24,000 bases of DNA from assembly GCA_964655075.1 (NCBI GenBank), contig CAZZLD010000005.1, positions 117,741-141,740 of the forward strand, in the 5' to 3' direction. Below the pieces are notes generated by a model, which worked only from the letters and a program-made list of their open reading frames with translations, searched no databases and was not told the DNA's origin. The position numbers were made by a program, and so were the translations under genes. Source of the DNA: an uncultured Candidatus Bathyarchaeia archaeon. Its GTDB lineage: Archaea; Thermoproteota; Bathyarchaeia; Bathyarchaeales; Bathyarchaeaceae. Each line of letters begins with the position of its first letter. The stretch's first letter is position 1. Shown piece after piece: positions 16,750 through 24,000 of this stretch.

Positions 16750-17401
16750 ACCCCTCTTTCACAGCCATAAAACTCTTTTTTAACCTTAAAGCCCAAGGTT
16801 TCGCCTTTCCCTGAGGAACAGTTGCGCCTCTTCTTATAGCTTCAATTATTTCATCGGTTTCTGGATCAGCATCAATCAGCGTGTAAGCCATACCGATTGT
16901 CTCAGGCATGTGAGAGTCGCTTCCAGCCGTTTGAGGAAGATTGAAGCGAACAGCAAGGTTCCGGCTGAGACGTGTAGAAAAGGCGAAAGGAAAAGTTGCT
17001 GAATTAATCACCTCAATCGCGTCTAAGTTCAAACGCTCAAGCGTTCGGGGGTTCCAGCCGATACGCAGAAGCGCTATAGGATGAGCAGCTACGGCTATTC
17101 CACCTTCCTCGTGAATTCTCTCGATAATCTCAGGGCGGCTCAACTTCGAAGGGATAGGCTTGGTCACGTTGAGGGCAAGCAGATGACCGTGGGAAGTTTC
17201 TATCTCAATGCCCGGAATAACGATTAGTCCCTTAACTTTGCTTAGCCGGAGGGCGCCAGCAACCGTCCCGTGATCTGTTATGGCGACCCCGTCTAAGCCC
17301 TGCTTCTTCGAAAAGGCTACAACCTCTTTGAGGGTGGTTACGCCATCGCACGAATAGCATGTATGAACGTGCAGGTCGATTTTGAGGGGTGCATCGCTCA
17401 C
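16739..17401 (-). CDS. PHP-domain metal-dependent phosphoesterase
   Basis: 'IDLHVHTCYSCDGVTTLKEVVAFSKKQGLDGVAITDHGTVAGAL', 'GIEIETSHGHLLAL', 'GGIAVAAHPI' and 'AGSDSHMPETIG'. Confidence 0.87.
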   Translation of the reverse strand: MSDAPLKIDLHVHTCYSCDGVTTLKEVVAFSKKQGLDGVAITDHGTVAGALRLSKVKGLIVIPGIEIETSHGHLLALNVTKPIPSKLSRPEIIERIHEEGGIAVAAHPIALLRIGWNPRTLERLNLDAIEVINSATFPFAFSTRLSRNLAVRFNLPQTAGSDSHMPETIGMAYTLIDADPETDEIIEAIRRGATVPQGKAKPWALRLKKSFMAVKEGFRA

Positions 17402-19425
17402 CTTATCTTGCTCCCGACTTTCACGGTTTTCTCCGGTTTAAGTAGAGAAACACCTTTTTCGTCTTCCGCGGCTAAGATCATAACCTCCGATTCGACGCCG
17501 AAGACGTGCCTCGGCTGAAGATTAGTCACAACCGCAACCTGTATTCCCTGAAGCTGTTCAGGAGCATAAAATCGGGCGATGCCCGCTACAGCCTGTTTTG
17601 TTTCGCCTTCGCCGATGTCGATGGTTAGCTTAACGAGGTTTTTGGATTTGGAAATAGCCTCTGCCTTCACGATTTTGCCTATTCGAAGGTCTAACTTCGA
17701 GAAATCTTCAAACGAAACTTTTTCTGGAATTGACACTTTTCTTTTCTCCTTTGTTGGCACTTCCTTTCTGATATCTTCTATTTTTTTGAACAGTGGTTTA
17801 GGCTTGTTTATTTTGTGTCCGCTTTTAATAGTTATTTGTGCTGTTGAGTCCCACTTTTGTTTGTGGACAGAATTTGCCAAGTTTAATTGATGCCACAGGT
17901 TTTCAGCTGAAGATGGAAGATACGGTTCAAGCAAAACAGCCAAGTTTCTGACGGCGTTTACGCAGAGAAACAAACATGTATTAGCCTTCTCTTTTCTAGC
18001 CCAAGGTTGCTTCTGTTGGAAGTATCGATTACAGAAACTTGAGAATCCCAAAATTTTGTTTAATCCTCGATCTAATCGTATGTTCTCTAACTCCTTAGAA
18101 ACCTTTGCGCCAAGAGCCTTGATCTGTCCTTCAAATTCTTTATCCGACGCGTCATATTCTTCTGCTTCAGGCACTTTTCCGTCGAATCTAGTCCAGATGA
18201 AAGTCAGCGTTCTGTGAATAAAATTCCCGACATTGTCAACCAATTCGTTATTGAATCGACTCTTCAAGCTCTCCTCGGAGAAGTCGCCGTCCTCCCCGAA
18301 GGCAACTTCTCTGAACAGAAAATATCTAAGGGCGTCAACAGAATACTTTTCAGCCAAATACAGAGGGTCTATCGCGTTGCCTAAGCTCTTGCTTATTTTC
18401 TGGCCATTAATAGTTAAGAATCCGTGGGCAAAGACTGTTTCGGGCAAATCGTAACCGGCACTCAGCAGCATTCCAGGCCATATAATCGCGTGGAACCGCA
18501 AGATGTCTTTAGCTATAAATTGTACCTTCGCTGGCCAATATTCTCCAGCAACCAGATAGTTCACTAAAGCATCAAACCAAACCCAAAAACGGTGCTTACT
18601 ATCAATCGGTAATTCAATTCCCCACTCAAGATTAGGCCTAGAGATGCTGATGTCTCTGAGGCCCTCTTTAATGAAGCTAACCACTTCGCTTCTTCGAGCT
18701 TTCGGCTGGATAAAATCAGGGTTTTCCTCGATGTATTTCAACAGTTTTTCTTGATACGCAGATAATTTGAAGAAATAGTTCTCTTCCTTTATGACCTTCG
18801 GAGCTTTTTTATGTAAAGCGCATTTGCCGTCCACTAAGTCACTTTCAGTTAGAAAAGCTTCGCAGCCTTCGCAATACAGGCCTTTGTACTTTCCTTTGTA
18901 GATGTCTCCCTTCTCGTAGACACGCAAGAAGAACTTCTTAACGTTCTCCTTGTGCCTATTCTCAGTCGTTCTGATGAAATCGTCATTGCTTATGTCTAAG
19001 GTTCTCCAAGCGTTTTTCCATTTTTCAGCCATAGAATCCGCATATTTTTGAATATCCTTGGCCCCTCGTTCTTTGGCTGCCTGCACAGTCTTTGCTGAAT
19101 TCTCATCTAAGCCTGTGAGAAAATATACATCGTCTCCTCTGAGTCGGTACCATCTAGCTAAGATATCCGCAGCCACGGTTGTGTAAGTATGCCCGATATG
19201 AGGCACGTCATTCACGTAATAAATCGGCGTAGTTACAAGCACCTTATCCTTCAACACAACCACATCTGAGATTTTGGTGAGCGTGGTACACTTCCGAGCT
19301 TTGATTTTGTGAATAATGACTTCGCCTCTTGTACTTAAAGCCAACGCAGTCGGTTGAAGTGCTGTGAGTGAGATAAGACAGATGCCTTCAATTTTGCATG
19401 TTTTGCAGATGTGACATTGAGGCAT
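17398..19425 (-). CDS. metG: Methionine--tRNA ligase with C-terminal tRNA-binding (OB-fold) domain and Cys-rich N-terminal extension
   Basis: 'VLVTTPIYYVNDVPHIGHTYTTVAADILARW', 'GFLTINGQKISKSLGNAIDP', and C-terminal 'FSKLDLRIGKIVKAEAISKSKNLVKLTIDIGE'. The true start may be a GTG/TTG around residue 55-58. Confidence 0.92.
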   Translation of the reverse strand: MPQCHICKTCKIEGICLISLTALQPTALALSTRGEVIIHKIKARKCTTLTKISDVVVLKDKVLVTTPIYYVNDVPHIGHTYTTVAADILARWYRLRGDDVYFLTGLDENSAKTVQAAKERGAKDIQKYADSMAEKWKNAWRTLDISNDDFIRTTENRHKENVKKFFLRVYEKGDIYKGKYKGLYCEGCEAFLTESDLVDGKCALHKKAPKVIKEENYFFKLSAYQEKLLKYIEENPDFIQPKARRSEVVSFIKEGLRDISISRPNLEWGIELPIDSKHRFWVWFDALVNYLVAGEYWPAKVQFIAKDILRFHAIIWPGMLLSAGYDLPETVFAHGFLTINGQKISKSLGNAIDPLYLAEKYSVDALRYFLFREVAFGEDGDFSEESLKSRFNNELVDNVGNFIHRTLTFIWTRFDGKVPEAEEYDASDKEFEGQIKALGAKVSKELENIRLDRGLNKILGFSSFCNRYFQQKQPWARKEKANTCLFLCVNAVRNLAVLLEPYLPSSAENLWHQLNLANSVHKQKWDSTAQITIKSGHKINKPKPLFKKIEDIRKEVPTKEKRKVSIPEKVSFEDFSKLDLRIGKIVKAEAISKSKNLVKLTIDIGEGETKQAVAGIARFYAPEQLQGIQVAVVTNLQPRHVFGVESEVMILAAEDEKGVSLLKPEKTVKVGSKIR

Positions 19426-19435
19426 AAGTTACGGA

Positions 19436-19588
19436 GTGAGCATAACAAGGGATAAAATCCAAGATTTGATCAGCTTCCTTAAGCGGAAAAGCGAAGAAAG
19501 AACGCTCACTCTTGTTTACGCGGCTTGGGATGAGAAACATGACAGTGCAGTGGCTCTTAAAACGTTCCTTGAAGGCCATGTTGAATAA
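19436..19588 (+). CDS. 50 aa microprotein of unknown function, absent from ORF track
   Basis: GTG start; translation VSITRDKIQDLISFLKRKSEERTLTLVYAAWDEKHDSAVALKTFLEGHVE*; amphipathic helical composition. Confidence 0.4.
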   Translation: MSITRDKIQDLISFLKRKSEERTLTLVYAAWDEKHDSAVALKTFLEGHVE

Positions 19589-19946
19589 CACGTGTTCCGG
19601 GCGCCGTAAGAATATTGTATATAGCTGAAAAACGAGATTATGAACGTAATTTGTGCAAATTTGGTGCGGGGGGTTAGGTTTGGACATCGGTTTAGATTCT
19701 CGGTTTGATCGGATCAGAAACTTGCTAGAGCGTTAAGCATCGAGGCATTGTCAGTTTGATGATTGACAAGAGAAAAAGGATTCGGATTTCTCGCGCATCT
19801 GCAGACCTGTGTGGACTATAAAAGGCTAAAATGGCTTGTTTTTACAAAAAAAGTTAGATACTTGTACTAATTTCCTTAAAAGCTCCAAAACTTAGATGTC
19901 TGTACCATAACGCCTTAATTATGCCGTGTTTTTACTTCTACTGTAA

Positions 19947-20408
19947 ATGGTGACGGAGGTGAAAAGCACGAAAGCATGGAAAAAGGCATTACCTATTCTT
20001 GCTATTGCTCTAGTCTTAGTTCCTGGTCTATTCTTTGTAGCTCATGCACAGACGTCGACAGCGACGCCGACGGCAGCAAACCCTAACAATAACGTGAACG
20101 AGCAGTATCCCAATTATACTGGTTCCGTAAAGGCTCCAGAGAACGCTACAGATCAACAGCTTGCAGCTCTAGCGACAATCAGTCCGGACCAGGCAAAGGC
20201 TTCAGCTCTCAAAGACCCAACGGTTGCTGGAGGCACGGTTACAAGCGTTTCACTGGACGATGAAAACGGAAACTTGGTGTACTCGGTGGAGATTGCTAAA
20301 GGCTCAACCAGTTATGACGTGAAAGTCGATGCTGGAACTGGAGGCGTATTGTTTATCGACCAAGGCATCGAGAATGAAGTCGGCGCTGTAGAAAATTTAG
20401 AAGACTAG
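19947..20408 (+). CDS. Secreted PepSY-domain protein
   Basis: Signal peptide 'KAWKKALPILAIALVLVPGLFFVAHAQT', then 'ISPDQAKASALKDPTVAGGTVTSVSLDDENGNLVYSVEIAKGSTSYDVKVDAGTGGVLFID'. Confidence 0.8.
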   Translation: MVTEVKSTKAWKKALPILAIALVLVPGLFFVAHAQTSTATPTAANPNNNVNEQYPNYTGSVKAPENATDQQLAALATISPDQAKASALKDPTVAGGTVTSVSLDDENGNLVYSVEIAKGSTSYDVKVDAGTGGVLFIDQGIENEVGAVENLED

Positions 20409-20475
20409 CAATGACAATTGAGCCCAAAGCATTAATTTCCCTTTTTTTCTAGTACATTAACGGAGCCGATAATGT

Positions 20476-21027
20476 TTGAAGAAAACCTCTGGAACGAGGA
20501 AGAAAATCTATGACTACATACAAGAACATCCTGGCTCGCATTTACGTGAGATCGGGAGGAACCTAGACTTGGCGATTGGCGACATACAGTATCAATTGAA
20601 CGTTTTAGAGAAGGCAGGTCACGTTGTTTCTAAGAGAATGGGAATTTACAAACGTTTTTATTTAAGCAAGATGTTTGGTGAAAGGCAGAAAGACATTGTA
20701 GGAACATTGTCGCAAGAGACTCCAAGAAAAATTTTGCTTTTGCTACTGCATAAGCCTGGCGCTGGTCACGGAGAAGTTGCAAGGTTTGCAAAAGTGTCGG
20801 CTCCAACTGTGACATGGCACATGAAAAGGTTGATTGATGAAGGATTAGTTGAGGTGCATCGTGAGGGACGAAACGTGAAGTATTACATCAGTGGTTCTGC
20901 TGGGGACATTGAAAAGGTTATGAAGAGCTATCACCCAATGTTCTGGGAGAGGTGGGCGGATAGGTTTGCAGAGGTCTGGTTAGACCTATCAACCTACAAG
21001 AAGAAGGAGGAACGAGAGAGTGTTTGA
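20476..21027 (+). CDS. Transcriptional regulator with two winged helix-turn-helix domains
   Basis: 'RKKIYDYIQEHPGSHLREIGRNLDLAIGDIQYQLNVLEKAGHVVSKR' and 'PRKILLLLLHKPGAGHGEVARFAKVSAPTVTWHMKRLIDEGLVEVHREGRNVKYYI'. TTG start. Confidence 0.83.
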   Translation: MKKTSGTRKKIYDYIQEHPGSHLREIGRNLDLAIGDIQYQLNVLEKAGHVVSKRMGIYKRFYLSKMFGERQKDIVGTLSQETPRKILLLLLHKPGAGHGEVARFAKVSAPTVTWHMKRLIDEGLVEVHREGRNVKYYISGSAGDIEKVMKSYHPMFWERWADRFAEVWLDLSTYKKKEERESV

Positions 21028-21319
21028 AGGACTTGACATAGCAGAGCTGCTTAAACTAGGCTCAGGATTATTTGCTCTTATTCTTCTATTCATATCGCTA
21101 CTAGCGTACTACAGAAGCAGGCAAAGAAGGCTCCTCTTTGTTTCAGGCGCATTCGGTCTTTATTTCATTAAGATAATCATTGAACATCTAGACCTTTTCA
21201 TTCCTAATATAGAAACTTCGTTCTTGGACTTGCTTTTGGCATTCATCGACTTCATCATACTCTTACTGTTTTTCCTTGCCATAGTAAAAAGCGATAGAAA
21301 AGGTGCGACGTCTTCATGA
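21020..21319 (+). CDS. Small three-TM membrane protein coupled to the upstream wHTH regulator
   Basis: 8-nt overlap with the regulator. Hydrophobic helices 'LLKLGSGLFALILLFISLLAYY', 'LLFVSGAFGLYFIKIIIEHL' and 'FLDLLLAFIDFIILLLFFLAIV'. Confidence 0.65.
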   Translation: MFEGLDIAELLKLGSGLFALILLFISLLAYYRSRQRRLLFVSGAFGLYFIKIIIEHLDLFIPNIETSFLDLLLAFIDFIILLLFFLAIVKSDRKGATSS

Positions 21320-21524
21320 GAAATGCTAATGATTCTTTTCCTACATGTTCTGAGCTGGCGCTTCTCCATAAATTGGTTAACAGTACTAAATTATGTGGAG
21401 GTTCAAAATTTTTGAGGTTGAGAGTAACGCGCACGAACTGGACGGCCCAGAACATCAGCATGGTGTATACATGTTCAGCGAAAAAGTTGCTACAGAAGGC
21501 TTTGTTTGAAGGGCAAAAGAGATA

Positions 21525-22541
21525 ATGCACAACATCCGAATTTTCTCTAAGCTTATATTCGTCTTCGGCATTGGCTACGCGTTTATATGGGCGCTGTCCA
21601 TCCTTATCTTAATTCCATATTATTCTTCTGCGGAGTTCAGCTACGCGCCCTACGCCGGTCTTCCGTTCATGGCGGCAATGGCCTCCGAGTTGAGTGAGCA
21701 TTATATACCATTGCCCGTGTTTTTCATCGCTTTAGCGTTCTTGTTCCCTTTGGTCTCGATTTTCACTCTTTTCTCCACCTGGACACTTCGTAAGATTTCA
21801 GAGACGGCTTCTAGAAGTAGGTTCATTTCTCAACCGTTATATATCATAGCTATCATGCTGGCTTTGGCTAGCTTTGTCCCTATGGTTTGGGTCCTGAGAG
21901 AACTTGTGGTTATTGAGGGGCCCGTTGTTCAAAATTGGCTCGCAAATGCGATGCCGCTCCTAGCCTCTTACATTCAAGCGGGTCAAGGATTTGTGAACTC
22001 CATTGTCACCGCTTCTAAGAGTTGGATGGCGACATATGGACCGATTGGTTTGTTCACGGCTATGATAGTCTCTTCGATAATCTCTCCGATACCAAACGAA
22101 GTCATCTTGGCCTTTGCGGGCATGACCATGAGCCCAATGAGTGTGGCAGCCTTTGGTGCCTTAGGCTCAACTGTGGGCGGCGTGCTCTGCTTCTACATCG
22201 CAAGGTTGGGAGGAAGACCGTTAGCAGAGAAGTTCGTGAAGAAAAGCACCATAGCCTCAATGGATGGATGGTTCCAGCGATGGGGTTCATGGGCAATAAT
22301 ACTCGGAAGGCTTGTCCCTTTCATTCCCTTTGATGCAATTTCATACCTCTCAGGTTTAACCAAGGTTAGAATTGAAAGGTTCGCTTTTCTCACGTTTCTA
22401 GGCTCAGTGCCGAGATGCCTATTCTACGCTTATGTAGGAGAACTGATTGCTGAGTATAACCTTCCCATTCTGATTGTCCTTTTTGTGATCATGCTGACGG
22501 CCTTTTTGTTCTTCAAAATTAAAAAAAAGAGAAACACATAG
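21525..22541 (+). CDS. DedA/VTT-family (SNARE-associated) membrane protein
   Basis: 'ISPIPNEVILAFAGMTMSPMSVAAFGALGSTVGGVLCFYIARLGGRPLAEKF...GRLVPFIPFDAISYLSGLTKVRIERFAFLTFLGSVPRCLFYAYVG' matches the DedA core. Confidence 0.83.
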   Translation: MHNIRIFSKLIFVFGIGYAFIWALSILILIPYYSSAEFSYAPYAGLPFMAAMASELSEHYIPLPVFFIALAFLFPLVSIFTLFSTWTLRKISETASRSRFISQPLYIIAIMLALASFVPMVWVLRELVVIEGPVVQNWLANAMPLLASYIQAGQGFVNSIVTASKSWMATYGPIGLFTAMIVSSIISPIPNEVILAFAGMTMSPMSVAAFGALGSTVGGVLCFYIARLGGRPLAEKFVKKSTIASMDGWFQRWGSWAIILGRLVPFIPFDAISYLSGLTKVRIERFAFLTFLGSVPRCLFYAYVGELIAEYNLPILIVLFVIMLTAFLFFKIKKKRNT

Positions 22542-22574
22542 TGAATCGTTTCAACTTTTTCAAGGAGCAATATC

Positions 22575-23270
22575 ATGATAAGTCAGATGCAGGGAGAAAG
22601 TATTCCTAGACCTCGCCTAGAACTAAGGGAGATTCTCCTTGCAACTCTCGTCATAGGTGTAGGTGTCCTTTTTGAGTACATTGATGAAGTGGTATTGAGC
22701 AAAAGTGTGCCTTCAGGCCCTGACACGTTTCCACCTTGGATTACGCGCTGGGATGCTTCCTTGCTCCTGTACATCAACCCTGCGCTCATTAACCCTATTC
22801 TTAGCATCTTACTTGGCTTGATAACGCACATAGGTAGCACGCTTGCAATCGTGGTGCTGTGCGTCGTATTCTATTTCTTAGGTTACAAAAGAGAAGCTGT
22901 ATTGATCTTCACAACTATTGCATTAGGAACTCTTATAGCGTTTCCTTTAAAGGTGCTTATTATACGACCTAGACCATATTCAACGCTATCGACGGTGGTC
23001 GCTCTTGAACATGATGCAGGCTCAAGTTTTCCCAGCGGGCACTCAGAGAGAATCTTCGCCCTTGCAGCTGTTCTTTCAAGGAAAAAATGCAAAACAGCGT
23101 TGCTCTTATATCTTCTGGCTGTAGCTGTTGCCTTCAGCAGGGTGTATTTGGGGGTTCATTACCCTTTAGACGTTTTTGTTGGAAGTTTAATAGGCTGGGC
23201 TGTTGGCAAGGTCACCCTGCGATATGAGAAAAAAGTGTTTGAAGTAGCTTCTCACTTCGTCAGACTATGA
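22575..23270 (+). CDS. PAP2-family membrane phosphatase
   Basis: 'KVLIIRPRPYSTL', 'SSFPSGHSERIFALAAV' and 'SRVYLGVHYPLDVFVGSLIGW' are the three PAP2 motifs. SD 'AAGGAG' upstream. Confidence 0.88.
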   Translation: MISQMQGESIPRPRLELREILLATLVIGVGVLFEYIDEVVLSKSVPSGPDTFPPWITRWDASLLLYINPALINPILSILLGLITHIGSTLAIVVLCVVFYFLGYKREAVLIFTTIALGTLIAFPLKVLIIRPRPYSTLSTVVALEHDAGSSFPSGHSERIFALAAVLSRKKCKTALLLYLLAVAVAFSRVYLGVHYPLDVFVGSLIGWAVGKVTLRYEKKVFEVASHFVRL

Positions 23271-23396
23271 CCCGCGCGCTGAATAACGCCGGGAAATAGA
23301 TCCAAACCTTAGTTTAAGTCCTTGTTTTTTGACGACTCTATAAAGATACGCACGCACGAAAAAAGTCGAATGAGAGTGGCGTTGTTAATGCGCCAT

Positions 23397-24000
23397 TTAG
23401 CTTTTTGACGTGTTGATATCTCTTATCCGTGTGAGTATTAAGGTGGCTGAAATGAATGCTGGAATTGACGCTAAGAATGGGATAATCTGTCCCCAGCTAT
23501 TATACAGATACCCACCTAATATTTGGGCGGGAATTGCAGTGATTAGGGAAAAAAAGCCGAATAACGCCATCAGCCTCCCCCGCATCTCTTGCGGTGAAAG
23601 GTCAGCTTGGAGAGCGGTCAAAGAAGGCCCAAGTAGCGCGGTGCTTGCGCCACCTAGAGCGCTCCAAGCTACAAAGTCATCCGTACCCTTTGATCTTACG
23701 AATATCAGCTGGTTCAAGGGAATTGAAAGCGAGGCGTAAATCGCGCTTTTCCTGAGACCGACCTTTTCAACGATCTGCGTAGCGGGTAGAAGAAGCAACA
23801 CGCTTATCAGCCCTGCCAAATTTGTGAGGAGACCATAGGATTCAGGCTGTAATCTTAATGCATCGATCAAGTAGAGTGATGTGTACGGCACAGTCATTCC
23901 GGTTCCTATGCTGGCCAGAATGGAATAGATAAGAAGTTTTTTAACCCCATTGCTGGCGTTTTTCAGGACGTAAGTAGTGTTCTTTATAAAATCTGAGGTG
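23397..24000 (-). CDS. Major facilitator superfamily transporter, C-terminal part (5' end beyond window)
   Basis: 'AGLISVLLLLPATQIVEKVGLRKSAIYASL' and 'LSPQEMRGRLMALFGFFSLITAIPAQILGGYLY' fit MFS. The frame stays open from 23897 to the right edge (TSDFIKNTTYVLKNASNGVKKLLIYSILASIGTG). Confidence 0.75.
   Translation of the reverse strand, partial: TSDFIKNTTYVLKNASNGVKKLLIYSILASIGTGMTVPYTSLYLIDALRLQPESYGLLTNLAGLISVLLLLPATQIVEKVGLRKSAIYASLSIPLNQLIFVRSKGTDDFVAWSALGGASTALLGPSLTALQADLSPQEMRGRLMALFGFFSLITAIPAQILGGYLYNSWGQIIPFLASIPAFISATLILTRIRDINTSKS

Noticed and set aside
19388-19687. 99 aa minus-strand ORF
   Set aside because: Overlaps the 5' end of metG and is antisense to the 50 aa ORF; no protein-like pattern.
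1-24000. CRISPR array, transposon, prophage or defence island
   Set aside because: No regularly spaced repeats, no transposase/integrase motifs and no known defence-effector motifs were seen; the window reads as ordinary chromosomal backbone with a few unusual genes.

Overview
This 24 kb window is a dense archaeal chromosomal segment with mostly housekeeping content. The lineage is inferred only from gene content (TrpRS/MetRS, type II MetAP, aRF1, FtsZ, DUF1512-like protein) and could be Bathyarchaeia or related. I see no CRISPR array, rRNA, transposase or convincing tRNA. The strongest observation is the aRF1/eRF1-family gene (prf1-like, minus strand, about 11376-12620). Its fold and zinc-containing C-domain are intact, but the GGQ motif reads GGE, NIKS reads VMKS, YxCxxxF reads YEVDDHF, and the conserved Thr of the GTx loop is Met. 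It therefore looks like a paralog or repurposed release-factor-like protein. I also found four short ORFs missing from the supplied track: a 55 aa ribbon-helix-helix protein overlapping the ftsZ start (CdrS-like), a second RHH protein at 7609-7785, a four-Cys microprotein at 6422-6550, and a 50 aa ORF at 19436-19588. Other items are a tightly coupled three-gene cassette (PH/GRAM-like, zinc ribbon, transglutaminase-like), a Lys/Gly/Val 11-mer-repeat protein, a Cys-rich N-terminal extension on MetRS, a PepSY/tandem-wHTH/membrane-protein cluster, and a DedA + PAP2 pair. All family calls are by eye from motifs; no database search was possible.
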